DNA of 58,391 bases, counting the filler, from Sphacelaria rigidula (lineage: Eukaryota): the NCBI GenBank assembly GCA_964200075.2. It is 7 parts of 7 records of this genome, joined end to end, with 100 filler letters (N's around TTAATTAATTAA, not from the genome) between each part and the next. Parts side by side here need not be neighbours in the genome. Positions count along the whole stretch, not along the records: positions 33,425 to 41,680 come from CAXNAA020011761.1; positions 41,781 to 50,036 come from CAXNAA020011762.1; 5 more parts are not named here. One strand, 5' to 3'. How positions within the stretch are numbered: the stretch's first letter is position 1; every line of letters starts with the position of its first letter. The translations under genes and the position numbers were made by a program. Shown piece after piece: positions 36,901-48,900 of this stretch. The notes under the pieces are model-generated. The model was not told the DNA's origin, did no database searches, and saw nothing but the letters and a program-made list of their open reading frames with translations.

Positions 36901-39900
36901 GAGTACGAAATTCAGGGCAGTTCTGTACAGCAGAGTACAGAACCGAAGAGTCGAGGGTGAAACAAAAGCACTGGCATTAAATAGGCACCACATCGATCCT
37001 TCCCGACGCCTCTACGCCAACAGCAAATATACACTCCCTCTGTCGCCTAAGTAAAGGTACCTACATCTGTATGGGCCCTTAACGATGTCCGATCGTTTTT
37101 TTTTTTCAATGAACTCTACGGTGTTTTTTGGTGAAGAAAATGTGTTTGAAATTTGCAGATCATGCTTGAACCATGCCGCCGAACGACTGCAAAAAAAGTA
37201 GTCGGTCCAAAAATGGCTGTTTTTTTGCCCCTTTCCGAGGGGAAAAAAATGTCGACTTTTTCCTTGATTTTTTTAATCGCCCCCACCTTCACTGGGGCTT
37301 GCTGCCAGGATGTCCCACGCGATTATAAAAAAAATTGACACTTTTTTTCCCCTCGGAAAGGGGCAAAAAACGGCCATTTTCGGGTAGACTACTTTTTTTG
37401 CAGTCGTTCGGCGGCATGGTTCAAAGCACGAGCTGCAAATTTCGAACACATTTTCTTAACCCAAAAAACATCGTAGAATTCATTACAAAAAAAAAACGAT
37501 CGGGCATCGTTAAGGGATCGTACTAATGTAGGTACCTTTACTTATGGGACAGAGGAAGTATATATACGTACATAGAAAAACAAACAACCCCCTCCACTCC
37601 CTATTTTGGAGGCGGAAAGAGCGCCCGAATATTGGAGGTCTCTATTAGTAGTAGGAACGGTGCTCCGTCTCGAGAGGAATGCGTGGTCAATGGTCAAACG
37701 GCTAAGGAAAGTAACAAACGGGTACGCCCCCCTCCCCCCCCCACTCTCCATGCCTCCATGACACTAACCAAATTCTCCCCTTTCCAACACAGAACCTCCG
37801 CCCATGCGCGCGAGGAAGAGAACCGTACTGGCAACGCACTCCTTCCAATACCCGTAGCTCCCCATCCTCCTTGCTCTCGGGCTCCTGGGTGTGGCCACCG
37901 CCGCTGCCGCCGCTGTCTTCCGCTCTCTGTCGTGGCGAGATCAACAGTATTCGCCCGGGTTTGCTTCGCAGGTCCCGGAGGTCGGGGGTGTGGTGGCAGG
38001 GGGTCTAAGCAAGCGACGTACCTCGCGTGTAATCCTAGACCGCGGCAGAGCGCAACAAACTGTGGTCCACGAACATGCACCAGCGCATTGGGGACATGCG
38101 AGGAGCGGGGGAGGGAGAAGTGGGGAGGGGAAGGGGCAGTGGTTATCCCTCTGGTTGATGGACAACACCTGCATGTGGAACATGACAAGGGGGAAAGTTG
38201 GTGTTTGGTGCTATGATGTGCGCGTCGTAACACCGCATCGAAAACTCAAACCGTGAATTACAGGAACAAACATGAGCACAAAACGCCTTCTTTCTTGTTG
38301 AGAAAATTACACCCAGTCGTTAGCAGAAAAGTCTACGTTGCTATTCGACAGCACATCCACTCAGCAGCAAACCATTCAAAGGCGAAGGGAGGCAGGGGGG
38401 GGGGGAGGCGAGCTTCGCTGTCTGTGCCGCGCATGTGTCAAGGTTCACAAAAATAGGACACGAGACATGAGAAGATGTAGACCATGCAAGATGGCGAACG
38501 GTCAGGGGTGGTGCAAGCACGGGGTAATCATTCAAAGCAGACAACCGAGACGTCCCGTATATAGTATTTACATACATGCGTGGGTACACCGGGAACGTTC
38601 GCTGAAAGCGTCACAGGGCCGACAAGCCCATTACCGCGCGTAGCCACGCCTCGCGGTGCACCGCAGGCGATTTGCTTCACCCCGCGCCAGACCCCTTTCC
38701 TCCCCCTACAGGATAAGATACAACAGATACGAGAGCAAGATGCCTCGCCGCCGTGTACTTACTCACCAGCTGCACGGCTTCTTGGGCGCACCCTACCCGC
38801 TGGTCGATAACCTTCAACAGCCTGGCCGGACGAGATCCCCAAGAGCTCCCGCCCCCGCCGCTGCTGCCGACCGCACCGTCATCTACGACAGAGATGAAGT
38901 CGCGGAACCAGATTACGAGAGCTGCAAGCGAGAGCGGCAACCGCGGATAGTGCTGGTGCTCGTGGTTGGGGGAGTTGGCACCCTGCTGTTGCCCCATCTC
39001 CATCGCCGCTTCTGCCGCCGCCCCTTCCCCTGCTTCGGAGGCGTTACTATTAGTAGCGGTACTGGTACCGGATGAGTTTATGCGAAGCTTCTGGACGGCG
39101 GGCCTCTGGTTCAGGTTTTGCGGGGGGGAGAAGGCGGGGGGGGAGGGGGCGGGGGTGGCGGACCAAGAGGGATACCGTACGAATACATATACATGATATG
39201 TTGAGATCCACGGCGTTCGAAAAATTATGGCGGGTCATCGCATTGGGTAAAATTCTCAGCCTCATCCTGTTCCAAGGTCGTGTTACGTTTTTGTTCACAC
39301 TCTTTTCTCCACGTGCATCGAGTGAAAGATCGGTTGAGGAACGGAGGAGTGGGGGTTCGCACGTATCTCGGTATCGTACACCACCCCGAACGACACTGTG
39401 ATTTACAGTGTCAGTAGCAACGCAACACGGCCTCGCCATCACACCTGCCAAAACACAACGGCACACACGCGCGCCCGCCCGCATGGGTCCACCCATTCTA
39501 TTCAGCGGACACCCTCGATAAACATGCGCTCAGCCACACCTCAGGGACAAGCTCGGCAGGAAGACACGACATCATGGCTGCTTGTACGGTAGGATCCCCC
39601 GCCCACCGACTGACGAGGGAGCACCGCGACACGAGGCACGCCAGATGCACTGTGTGGATATTCAATGCCTGCCGAATTTCTTCCTGGTCCGTTTCAAAGG
39701 TAAACGACATTTCCGCCAAAGGCATTGTTAACGCAGCGGCACGTGCAGGGTAGGAGGCGCAAATTACACCCTGGCAAGCAGGTACAACGGTTGAAACGCG
39801 AGGAGAGCTAAGTACTCAGGAGCATGACCCGCAAATCTATTCGTCCATCGATGTGCTTTTCTTCGTCAGAGTTCGTCACATGCTGTGACTTTGCTACGGG

Positions 39901-41512
39901 ATAGGTATCACCACGACCCTGGCACATTCGTGAACTCAAGAGAAAACAGAAAACAAAGGGTGTGGGCGTGGCGTGTGTCAGTCAGTCAATCAGTCAGTCA
40001 GTCAGTCGGTCGGTCTAAGCAACTGTCATGAACTAAGAAAAACGCAAGAGCGGCAACTGCCTCCCGCGAACGAACAATCCACGAAACAATCAACAATTAA
40101 CATGACAATAAAAAAGAAATGAATATGTATATATATATATTATATATACGGACTGAAATGCGCTTTCTCTGCGAGATCAGCCATTGTTGTTCTGTGCGAC
40201 CGGCCTACAAACTTCATTGATCTTGACACCCGTGCTCGGATTTTGTGGTACACAACTCACTGGATCGATCAGACTGAATATTCTTGGGGACAATATCTCA
40301 CCGCGGTGAACCGGTGCGGTTTTGATTTCTCCTTGCCCTTTCCTTTTCTCCGGGCGGCGTCTGCCGAGGCCTCCCCGTCTGCTCCGTCGACACCGTCGGC
40401 AATGTCTTCGCCTTCTTCTCCCGGCAACTCAACTACGATCTCGCCATTTTCCCCCAGCCACTTGGAACCGGGGTGAATTTACGGTTTCGGGAAGTCGTTA
40501 GGGCTGCGTCAGATTGCGTTAGATTTTTTACCACCAAAAACGCGCGTGAGGGCTTGTTTTCCTTGATTTCCCCAATGCAACGACGTTGACACGGCAACAA
40601 ATATCGTGATAGTGTCTCGTTCTTGTTGGAGAAAAAAATATATATACATATATACACACACATGGCAGCAACGGTCGTTCCAGGGAAAACTGAGAGGCGA
40701 GACTGTGCCTAACTACGTGCATACGTAGCTCGTAAATGAAAAGAAGGGGAACGTAGCGCGCGTGTCGAAGGGATGTGATTCCGCGTATGTATGCTTCTTG
40801 TCGTTATCGAGACCGGCACTACAGGATATACCTTTTGGCGTTGTTTAGTTATTATCACTAATATTATTTTTCTCCTTTTCCTTCCTTCCCCTTTTTCTTT
40901 TTCCTTGTCTTTCTTGTTTAATTTTCGCCGTTCGTTTTTGTATCTTGCTGTGTGTTCTTCTCGTCTTTCATTATACCCTGTTTCTCTCTATCCTTCTCTT
41001 GCCCCCCCCCCCCTCCCCTCATTTGTCTCCCCTCCAGCTGCCTCTACCACGTGTTTCGGTTTTTGTTGACCTAGGTTACGTCTATCTAGTGGATAATGAC
41101 CACCACTGCATCCCTCCGGGATTAATTAATGTGCGACAATCAACCGATCAAACCAATCAACCAGCCGATGCTACTGGAAAAAATAAGCAAACATTCGAGC
41201 TCGAGAGACGGAGCTGACATGGTACCACAGACCGAAGCGCCGGCCAAACAAAAAACATCAATCAGCACCTACATGCAATACAGCGCAAATGAAAAGGGTA
41301 ATGGGGACCTACCCGCCGCTCCTCGGGCTCTTCTTCACCGTCCTCAATTTCCCAATCCTGCCCCTCTCCTTCCAGCCGCTCTGCCAACACCCCCTCGTCG
41401 CCGCCCTCTTCCCAATCGACGTGATCTTCGTCGTCGTCGTCGTCGTCGTCTTGTTGAAGCTCTCGGGTACCCGCCATGTCGGGATCGTGGTCATCACCTT
41501 CGGCGTTGCCAT
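33858..41512 (-). CDS. XPC: XPC/RAD4 DNA damage recognition protein, partial; exons 41313-41512, 40302-40460, 39540-39683, 38767-39105, 37769-38059, 35071-36351, 33858-33943
   Basis: All six junctions are GT-AG and in frame. The translation has XPC/Rad4 hallmarks in order: acidic DWEEG, KPHRFTA|EEIRQALNIHTVHLACL, AVQL|FVALCRGLGLHARYVACLDP, WAEVLC, RWVHVDPV, PYVVALDG..IVDVTRR. BHD1-3 exons lie beyond the contig end. Start uncertain (in-frame ATG at 41475-41477 or an upstream exon). Confidence 0.92.
35071..36351 (-). CDS. XPC: XPC large exon (427 codons; low-complexity insert then RWVHVD)
   Basis: Open frame bounded by an upstream stop at 36358-36360, aag acceptor after a pyrimidine tract, and AAG|gtgggt donor. 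The exact acceptor is less certain. Confidence 0.8.
37034..37558. mobile_element. Stowaway-like (Tc1/mariner-derived) foldback MITE in an XPC intron
   Basis: Ends CTCCCTCTGTC...GACAGAGGAAG followed by TA on the right (CA on the left); ~225-bp inverted arms. Confidence 0.85.
37769..38059 (-). CDS. XPC: XPC exon (FVALCRGLG...WAEVLCWKGENL)
   Basis: cag acceptor, gttagt donor, 291 nt, phase 0/0. Confidence 0.9.
38767..39105 (-). CDS. XPC: XPC exon (...LAALVIWFRD...GCAQEAVQL)
   Basis: gtgagt donor; cag acceptor after a C-rich tract (alternative in-frame cag 15 nt downstream). Confidence 0.8.
39540..39683 (-). CDS. XPC: XPC exon (EEIRQALNIHTVHLACL...LPAELVPE)
   Basis: cag/gtgtgg boundaries, Rad4 HxxHLxCL motif. 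Confidence 0.88.
40302..40460 (-). CDS. XPC: XPC exon (WLGENGEIVVEL...KPHRFTA)
   Basis: aag acceptor, gtgaga donor, 159 nt, in frame. Confidence 0.85.
41313..41512 (-). CDS. XPC: XPC acidic N-terminal exon
   Basis: DDDDDDDEDHVDWEEGG, cag acceptor, gtaggt donor. Confidence 0.8.
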
Positions 41513-41589
41513 CTGGTTGGGGTGGGAGTAAAAAAGCAGATGTGAGGCTGCTCCAATGTTGCGCCCGTGGGCATTCCCGCTCCCCGATG

Positions 41590-41680
41590 GTGAGGCACTC
41601 ATGAGGCAGTGTATAAGCTGTGACTGTCTCAGGAAGTGGCGATACCAGAAAGTTAAGCAACTCATTGTAGGCTGTCATCC
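41590..41680 (+). mobile_element. Family A fragment cut by the contig end
   Basis: Family A body after 'cccgctcccc'. Confidence 0.85.
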
Positions 41681-41780
41681 NNNNNNNNNNNNNNNNNNNN
41701 NNNNNNNNNNNNNNNNNNNNNNNNTTAATTAATTAANNNNNNNNNNNNNNNNNNNNNNNNNNNNNNNNNNNNNNNNNNNN
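41681..41780. other. Artificial assembly linker
   Basis: Same N44-TTAATTAATTAA-N44 structure. Confidence 0.98.
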
Positions 41781-43354
41781 AGCAAAACGAAGAGCACTGT
41801 ACCGTACTTTCTCTTCTAACCCCCCCCCCAAGGCAAGCAACAAATGAGTACGCCCCCCCCCCCGAACAATGCTACAATCATGCGTGTGGACCATCCACTT
41901 CTCGCACAAGCCATGTAGTGCGACGACTTCTCTTACCCCGCGCCCGCATATTACCGCGTGGCAGCGATTTAGACCTTCCTTCGTTCCACCACTCTCGTAC
42001 CTGCCCCCTCATCCTCCGAGCCTCTGAGGGGGGCAATCTTTTCATCTGCCAATGAAGTACACGACATGGCTCCAAACACCAGCTGCCCAAGAGTAAATAT
42101 CATAACCAGTTTTGAGGTGACGACTGCGGTACGCTCAGGGATGTAACATAAATCGATTTCTGCGTGAGATGGAAGATAAATCACGCTTTTCGGCCGGCCC
42201 ATCGTATACGAAACTACGGCACAAAGCCCACAGATGGGGATAGATTTTTGTAGCGAAATGTGAAATTCAACCAATCAGAGGCCCTCCTGTGAGGAATCGG
42301 CGGAATCTAGCGCCAATGAAATGCGGTCTTCGTAGTGAATTATGTGGTGAAGAATGTTTGTGATTGGCTCGCAGACTCGAGTCACAGCTGTAGTGTACGG
42401 ACTATAGTGCAGGAGTGAACAGTAGCGCCGGGACGAATAGAACAGCAGCGAAGAAATGAAGCTGCAAGCAGACAAGCATACAGCGAGTGGTACATTGCCG
42501 CCGTGGGGGGTCGTTGCGATGCTCGTGTATTGGTATATATATCCCCATCTTAGGATGGCTGGTTGTGCCTTTCCATGAACGTGAGCGCTAGCGCCGCTGC
42601 CAGCGGCAGCAGCCGCCATGCTGATAGATGCAAACAGTACCCTGTCGGTGCAGTATATCCCGCACTTTGCTGTGGGTTGCTCCTTTCATCGGAGCAGTGG
42701 GTCTGGCCCAGCCGGTCGAGTGGTTTACACCGGTGCTAGTTTTGTGTCTTTATCCAGCCATGTTCGGTATCGCGCAAGTGATGGGTCGGGGTGACATGAT
42801 TTTTTCAACAGACAGTTAAGTGTGTAGGCCGCACTGCGTCCCGGGTGATAACTATATTTTACAGAGAGACGAACACAACAATACAGCAGTTCAGGCCATC
42901 TCAGCGGAGATCAGACCATCTTCGCAAGGTCTAAACACATCACAGAACAGTGATCGATACAGCACATGAGAGCGGACGTGAGTGTGTTTGTGCTGCATTA
43001 CAGTGAAACAGGACATATTCCATGTTTTAGTTCATCGGCTGATTGTGAGCGGGTCCTCAGTGTTCGCCGGGCGCCGATCTTCAATGCTCGGCTATAATCG
43101 CGCTTCGTGCAAATTATTTAATTCACTTCAAAATCATTCAGATGTACGGGTCCGGTGCCGAAACTACAGGGAAATACACGTATTTGTGTGGACTCTTCAC
43201 GAGTGAACAGACAGATGACTTCGGGCTCAAACGGCCTTGACTGATGTGATTCTTCAATCTCCTGGAAATTCGAAAAAAATATGATCTTGGAACGATTTGG
43301 GATGTTCGCACACAATGGTAAGCGGCGATCGAATCCGGCAAGAGATCGATCCAA

Positions 43355-44648
43355 GGGTAGGTCGAGTAGAGTAAGTACTTTTGAGTACTCACGTAAAATA
43401 CTCGAGTATTTACTCTACTCGACGTTTGAGTAGGTCGAGTACGGCCTCAAATACTCTACTCAAATTTTGAGTACGTCGAGTACGGCCTCCAATACTCCAC
43501 TCAAATTTCGAGTACGTCGAGTACGACCTCAAATACTCTACTCAAATTTTGAGTAAGCAATCTCAGCAATACTCGAGTATAGAGTATCACTTGAGTATGA
43601 CCTCAATACTCTACTCAAAATTTGAGTACGTTGAGTTCGGCCTCAAATACTCTACTCACATTTTGAGTACGTTGAGTATGATCTCAAATACTCTACTCAA
43701 ATATTGAGTGACCACTCCCAGCAATACTTGAGTATAGAGTACCCCTTGGGTATGGTAAGTACCCCTGACCGTCGGCGACTTCGTGACGTCATTTTACAGA
43801 CTATGTTGAATGCATGGGCAAACGATGGCCATAAAAAAATAAAAAATAAAGCGTGCAGGTGAATGAACATACCTGCCCCAGCGCCCCATCTCACCAGCCC
43901 CCACCCACGGCAGTTCATACTCGATACCTTGCAACGCCTTCGATATTACTCTCAGTACAAAGCGCTACTCATCATGATGGAGTAATCAAATAGACGAGTA
44001 GTCGACTAGGTATTATCAAAATGAGCGACTCTACTGGTCACATATGTGACTCCTCCATGGGAGAGTCAGCGGTCGAAATAGTGCAAGACGGGAAAACATC
44101 GCAACAGTCGCCAGAGGAAGAAAGATGTTCAAGTTACAGATTTTGGTACATCGGACCCGGCCTCCGATACTCTACTAAAGTTTTGAGTAGATCGAGTTCG
44201 GCCTCAAATACCCTACTCAATTTTTGAGTACGAAGAGTACGGCCTCAAATACTCTACTCAATTTTTGAGTAGATCGAGTACGACCTCAAATACTCTACTC
44301 AAATTTTGAGTAGGTCCAGTACGGTCTCAAATACTCTACTCAAATATTGAGTACGTCGAGTACGGCCTCCAATTGTCTACTCGAATTTTGAGTAGATCGA
44401 GTACGACCTCAAATACTCTACTCAAATTTTGAGTAAGCACTCTCAGTAATACTTGAGTATAGAGTATCGCTTGAGTATGACCTCAATACTCTACTCAAAG
44501 TTTGAGTACGTTGAGTATGATCTCGAATACTTTACTCAAATTTTGAGTACGTTGAGTATGATCTCACATACTCTACTCAAACTTCGAGTACTGAAAGTAT
44601 GACTCTTCAAAAATACCGAGTATTGATTATACTCTACTCGACCTACCC
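43355..44648. mobile_element. Non-autonomous TIR element with 41-bp palindromic tandem arrays (T/A variant)
   Basis: 19-bp TIR gggtaggtcgagtagagta / tactctactcgacctaccc. Arrays of gagtacgacctcaaatactctactcaaattttgagtagatc at ~43400-43750 and ~44160-44600. Confidence 0.85.
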
Positions 44649-44650
44649 GT

Positions 44651-45100
44651 GGAGCCGTTCAACATTCCTGTCGAGCACCGCTGTTTGGGCCCTTCTCCGT
44701 CGATTTACGCCCGAAAAGAGGGCTAGGTGGATGTTGACGCATTGGAATGACTTGCTCTGCTCGTTGAGACCGTTCTACTCGTAGGGCAACTTTGCATTTC
44801 CCGCTGGCCACACTTCGGTTTCTGGCCAAATCAGGCCGAAAACGGATTTTCAGTAAAAAATGGTCGGATGATCAATATTTCCCCCTGTCTTTTTCTCGCT
44901 TGACCGTTTTTCATTGAAAATCCGTGTTTGGCCAACAATAAAAGTGCGGCCAGCGGGAAATGCAAAGTTGGCCTGGATCGGTCTCAAGGAGTAGAGCAAG
45001 TCGTTCCAAGGCGTCAACATCCGACTAGCCCTCTTTTCAGGCGTGAAACGACGGAGAAGGGCCAAAAAGGCAATTTTGAACAGAAGTTTTGAACGGCTCC
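44651..45100. mobile_element. MITE with long (~165-bp) imperfect TIRs
   Basis: GGAGCCGTTCAA...TTGAACGGCTCC. The arms give near-identical ORFs on opposite strands (ALLRRFTPEKRA). Confidence 0.85.
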
Positions 45101-45139
45101 CATTAGTGTAGGTCTAACACGCGCAGAACAAGTATATCC

Positions 45140-45405
45140 ACCCACATGGGGGGATATAAGAATCCACCCACAATTCGACTTAATGGTCGACGAGGGAAAG
45201 AGACTGCTGAACTCCTCTCGCGATTAAAAAAAGGCAAGCACCGCAGAAGGGAGGTGGAGTGCTAAAAATAAACAAAAAAGAAAAAACTCCTGTGTTGACC
45301 TTCCTCCTGCTGTGTGACCCCGGCTGATGCAACCACATATACCGAAAGGTGTAGACTGGCATCCAGAATAGATGGGACGACAGCACACAAAACATACATC
45401 CACAC
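45140..45405 (+). mobile_element. SINE family B, 5'-truncated
   Basis: Colinear with 50700-50939. Confidence 0.8.
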
Positions 45406-45414
45406 ATTTTACTC

Positions 45415-45954
45415 GAGGTATCTCAAACTCGGATTCCCATATCCTGGTTTATTCGCTGGCTCTGAGTTGTGTACTCTTTTTTTAAGTGAAAGTGATCGCG
45501 ATTCATAGGAGAACCTGACCTGGCGATCAAAGGGTCCACACGCGGCCATTTGGCTACCCCCCAAAATGCTTCCACAGGGATGCGCGGCCCTCCAGAGGCA
45601 GAACAAGCCTCTGGAGGCCTTCAATCCCTCTGGAGGAAACCAAACACTACCGACCCGGAGGGCCGCGCACCCCTCCGGAGGAAGTTGAGGGTATGCGCGG
45701 CCCTCCAGAGGCAAAAACAAGCCACCGGAGGTGTTTAATTCCTCTGGAGGAAACAAAAAATCTCCTCTGGAGGGTCGTGCACCCCTCCGGAGGCGTTTAA
45801 TTCCTTTGGAGGCTCGAAAAGTTTACCCACCTGGAGGAATTTTGGGGTAGCCAAATGGCCGCGTGTGTCTCATCATCTGATGAATCGTCATCACTTTCAC
45901 TTGAAAAAATAGAACGAAACAAATCAGGATACCGGGAGCGAGTTGAGATACCTC
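45415..45954. mobile_element. MITE (TIR gaggtatctcaa) hosting a nested element
   Basis: gaggtatctcaa...ttgagatacctc, plus inner inverted aagtgaaagtgat / atcactttcactt. Confidence 0.75.
45537..45867. mobile_element. Nested CMC/CACTA-like MITE
   Basis: Perfect 24-bp TIR cacacgcggccatttggctacccc, apparent 2-bp TSD (tc), internal ccctc(c/t)ggagg repeats. Confidence 0.8.
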
Positions 45955-45964
45955 TATTATGACC

Positions 45965-48900
45965 TGTAGCCTCTACCAGACAATCTGGACAAGACCTCCA
46001 GCAGTATCTGGCCTCGCAGCTCGATGAGCCTTCTCAGAGCTTTGTGTCATTCATGGAGTAAGCAGCAAGGGTAATCATCCACAGGATGCCCTTGTCCCCT
46101 GGTCATCATCCAGGATCCTACATGCAACATCTACTACGCCTTGGTATCATTTGGCTACAGCACCCCCAAAGCGAGTTCAAGACGAACGAACGAGCTTGAC
46201 GACCAACAAAAAACCAAGGCGAACTCGCATGCTCCAAATCACAAAGAAATGCCACACTCCGACGCTAGTTCACTTGTCAGCGCCCGAGTCAACCTCAGTT
46301 TACGCGATTCCTGCGCAAAAAATTCAGGCGCAGGAAAAAATATCTTCCGAAGAGACTTTTACGTACTTCCTTCAGCACCGAACTCATCTCAATCGACCAA
46401 AACAATAACATGACCATTGCTTCAAGACCATTCGACCAATGGGTATTCGCAACATCAAATGAGTGTTGCACCTCCAGCGCGTCGCTCTGCTGCCCGATTC
46501 TTGTACTTGGTTCTTGAAGTGCGTGGCGGTATCACTAACCCAGACACGCCGCACCCCCAAAGTCTTGCACCATTGGAACAAATACTTAGCAGTAACCTCG
46601 GCAGTGGAAGCCACTGTTGGTTTCAACCAAACGGAATTCGACAAATCATCCGGGATAACAAACGTACAGCAAACCATCAGGCAGTTAGTACCGTCAAGTT
46701 TGCTACGTCCGACATACAAAAATCAAATTGAACAACCTCACCTGGCGCAATACCTTGAACAGTATCGCAAAAACGTGCCACGGGCAAGGATCAGTTTTTC
46801 GTACGTGCATAATTTCTTTGATCCTCAAACACACGAAAACTCGTGTGATCTTTGCTCACAGACAGCGAGCCTACGCATTTCGTAGTTTCAGCTCATTTTC
46901 ACGTCATCAGCAGCAGTCACCGTCTCCTACAGTCAGTACGAGCTTCATTTCATTCATCACTCACCAGTATTTTGTTAATTGCCTCACCCTGACGGTTATC
47001 ATACACCATGCACATCAGTAGCATTCGAGCGAAAATTCCACACATGCATGCCAATATCCCACTCAGCATACGAAAATTCGTACATGCATGCCAATATTTG
47101 ACTCAGGACCTGCAATGCAACCCGTGTTGCACAAACCATGCATCGTGCATGCTATTCAGAGCAGCACAACACACGCATACCAAATTCCACGCGTACACCG
47201 GCATTTTCCAGCGAACGCAACACGAGCACACCCGCTGTACTGTCATGCTTCATGCGCGAACAGCAACACAAACATGACCCCAAAAGAACACCATAACAAC
47301 CTGTAATCGTCAGAAAACGATTCGGAAATACCAGTCATCATGTGTGTCCTCATGCTCAACAAGCACCCTCACAAGTACTTGCTCCTCAACAATATTCAAT
47401 CCGGCGCTCACCACTATATCACTAATCTCAGGTAATCCCCGCTTTGTAGGCTTCCAGTCTGCTCCTGCGGAGTAGCAGCACTGGAACCACTACCTTCTGC
47501 ACACCATAGAGCAACAATTTTTCTTGTACGGTAGCTCCTAGCAGCCACACCTAGCACCCCCATGGTGCATGTCAGCATGCCACCAAACAGCATATCCTTA
47601 CTGCCGAACCAATGCGACAAATACTCTGCCTCCACAGAAGCTTGCGCATGACGATTTCTCCTGGTTCAGTCGCTTGTTTTAGGCGAAGAGAGGTGGAACG
47701 GGAACAACCATGCAGTCCCGCATAGCAACAGCTCTCGGGAGCACCACACCATCCTCATTAAGCACCGGACCTGACATTATATGAGCAATATCACGCATCA
47801 AATAATTCGCTTACATTTACGATGGGACAACGGCGAATCGACCATCCGAAATCCATGATCCATCAGCGCCTTATGAAACGCTCTCACCGCACAATTCTTC
47901 ACGTGCCATCCCGTATCACCGACCCATACCTCCGGCGACCCCATCGCTTTTGCTTTGAACCATGTCAGAAAATGCTCCACCTTCTTCACCCCTACACTAA
48001 ACTCCGCGGGCTCCAACCACACGAAGTTGCTCACATCGTTGTTGATCAACAAATTATTTTGGATCGGATCTCCGTCGTCCAACCCACCATTTTCCAGCTG
48101 ACCACTTGTTCTATCGCTGAGGAAATTGAATTTCATCACCCCCTCCGGGCGAGTACCATGCACCTTATCCCCACCATGCACCATATCCTCGTGGGGAGGG
48201 GGAATGTGCGCCCCCCCACGTTGGCTTCGCTCACCCGTCGGGAGCAGAAATTTTCCGGCATTTCCATCGCCGCTCTCTCCAAGCTTGACTGCAAACTGCA
48301 GTATAGTAACCCAAACGCCACCAAAACTGCAATGCACGAAGCTAGCCACCCGGCCTTCACCGGATCGTTGCGATGGGATTGGGCCTTCGCAGCCGTCGCC
48401 TTTGACTGGGGCTGCACCCTCATAGGCTATACGGCTTCACTCTCAGGAGCTTCCTCTTCCTTTTCACCTGTATCCTTCTTGCTGTCACTTTGAGACGACC
48501 ACACAGGGATGGTCACCCGCCTAGCCGAAAGATAGCTGAGGTTGTTCACGCTGGTCTGCACCGGCACAGCACGCGGGCGTAACTTTTCCAAAGCCAGCGG
48601 ATACAAATCTACCCCAAGTTCCTTCATAGTCGCCATGCCAAACAACACCAAGTCATCGTTGCCAGGCATGACCGCGAAAGTGATTGGCGGCATCTCCACA
48701 GCCCCCCACGGCGTTCGCACGCTCACCGCAATAGGCACCGTTTTATGAGAAACAGTCACGGGCGCACCCGTGGCATTCTGTGCCACTTGCGGTCCATTTT
48801 CAAATGGTAGCTGCAGCTGGGCGCATCCGAACTGTGAAGACATCTGTTGTAGCAACCCTACACTTATTGATGTGAGTACTGATCCAGAGTCGAGAAAAAC

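Noticed and set aside
19826-41512. Functional clustering of METTL17, XPC and the phosphatase as a system
   Set aside because: They sit on different contigs joined only by size sorting.
42001-42045. 45-nt minus-strand exon-like segment that would join the XPC acidic exon in phase
   Set aside because: It lies across an artificial linker on an unrelated equal-length contig, so phase agreement is probably chance. It could belong to another gene (possible ATG at 42617-42619), but I could not build a model.
43400-44600. CRISPR-like regular palindromic repeats (also 14500-16270)
   Set aside because: Units are head-to-tail with no unique spacers, lie inside TIRs, and there are no cas genes; the context is eukaryotic.
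46895-46915. Minimal hammerhead-like CTGATGA..GAAA on the minus strand
   Set aside because: Only 3 nt lie between the core motifs and I see no convincing stems I and III; single occurrence.
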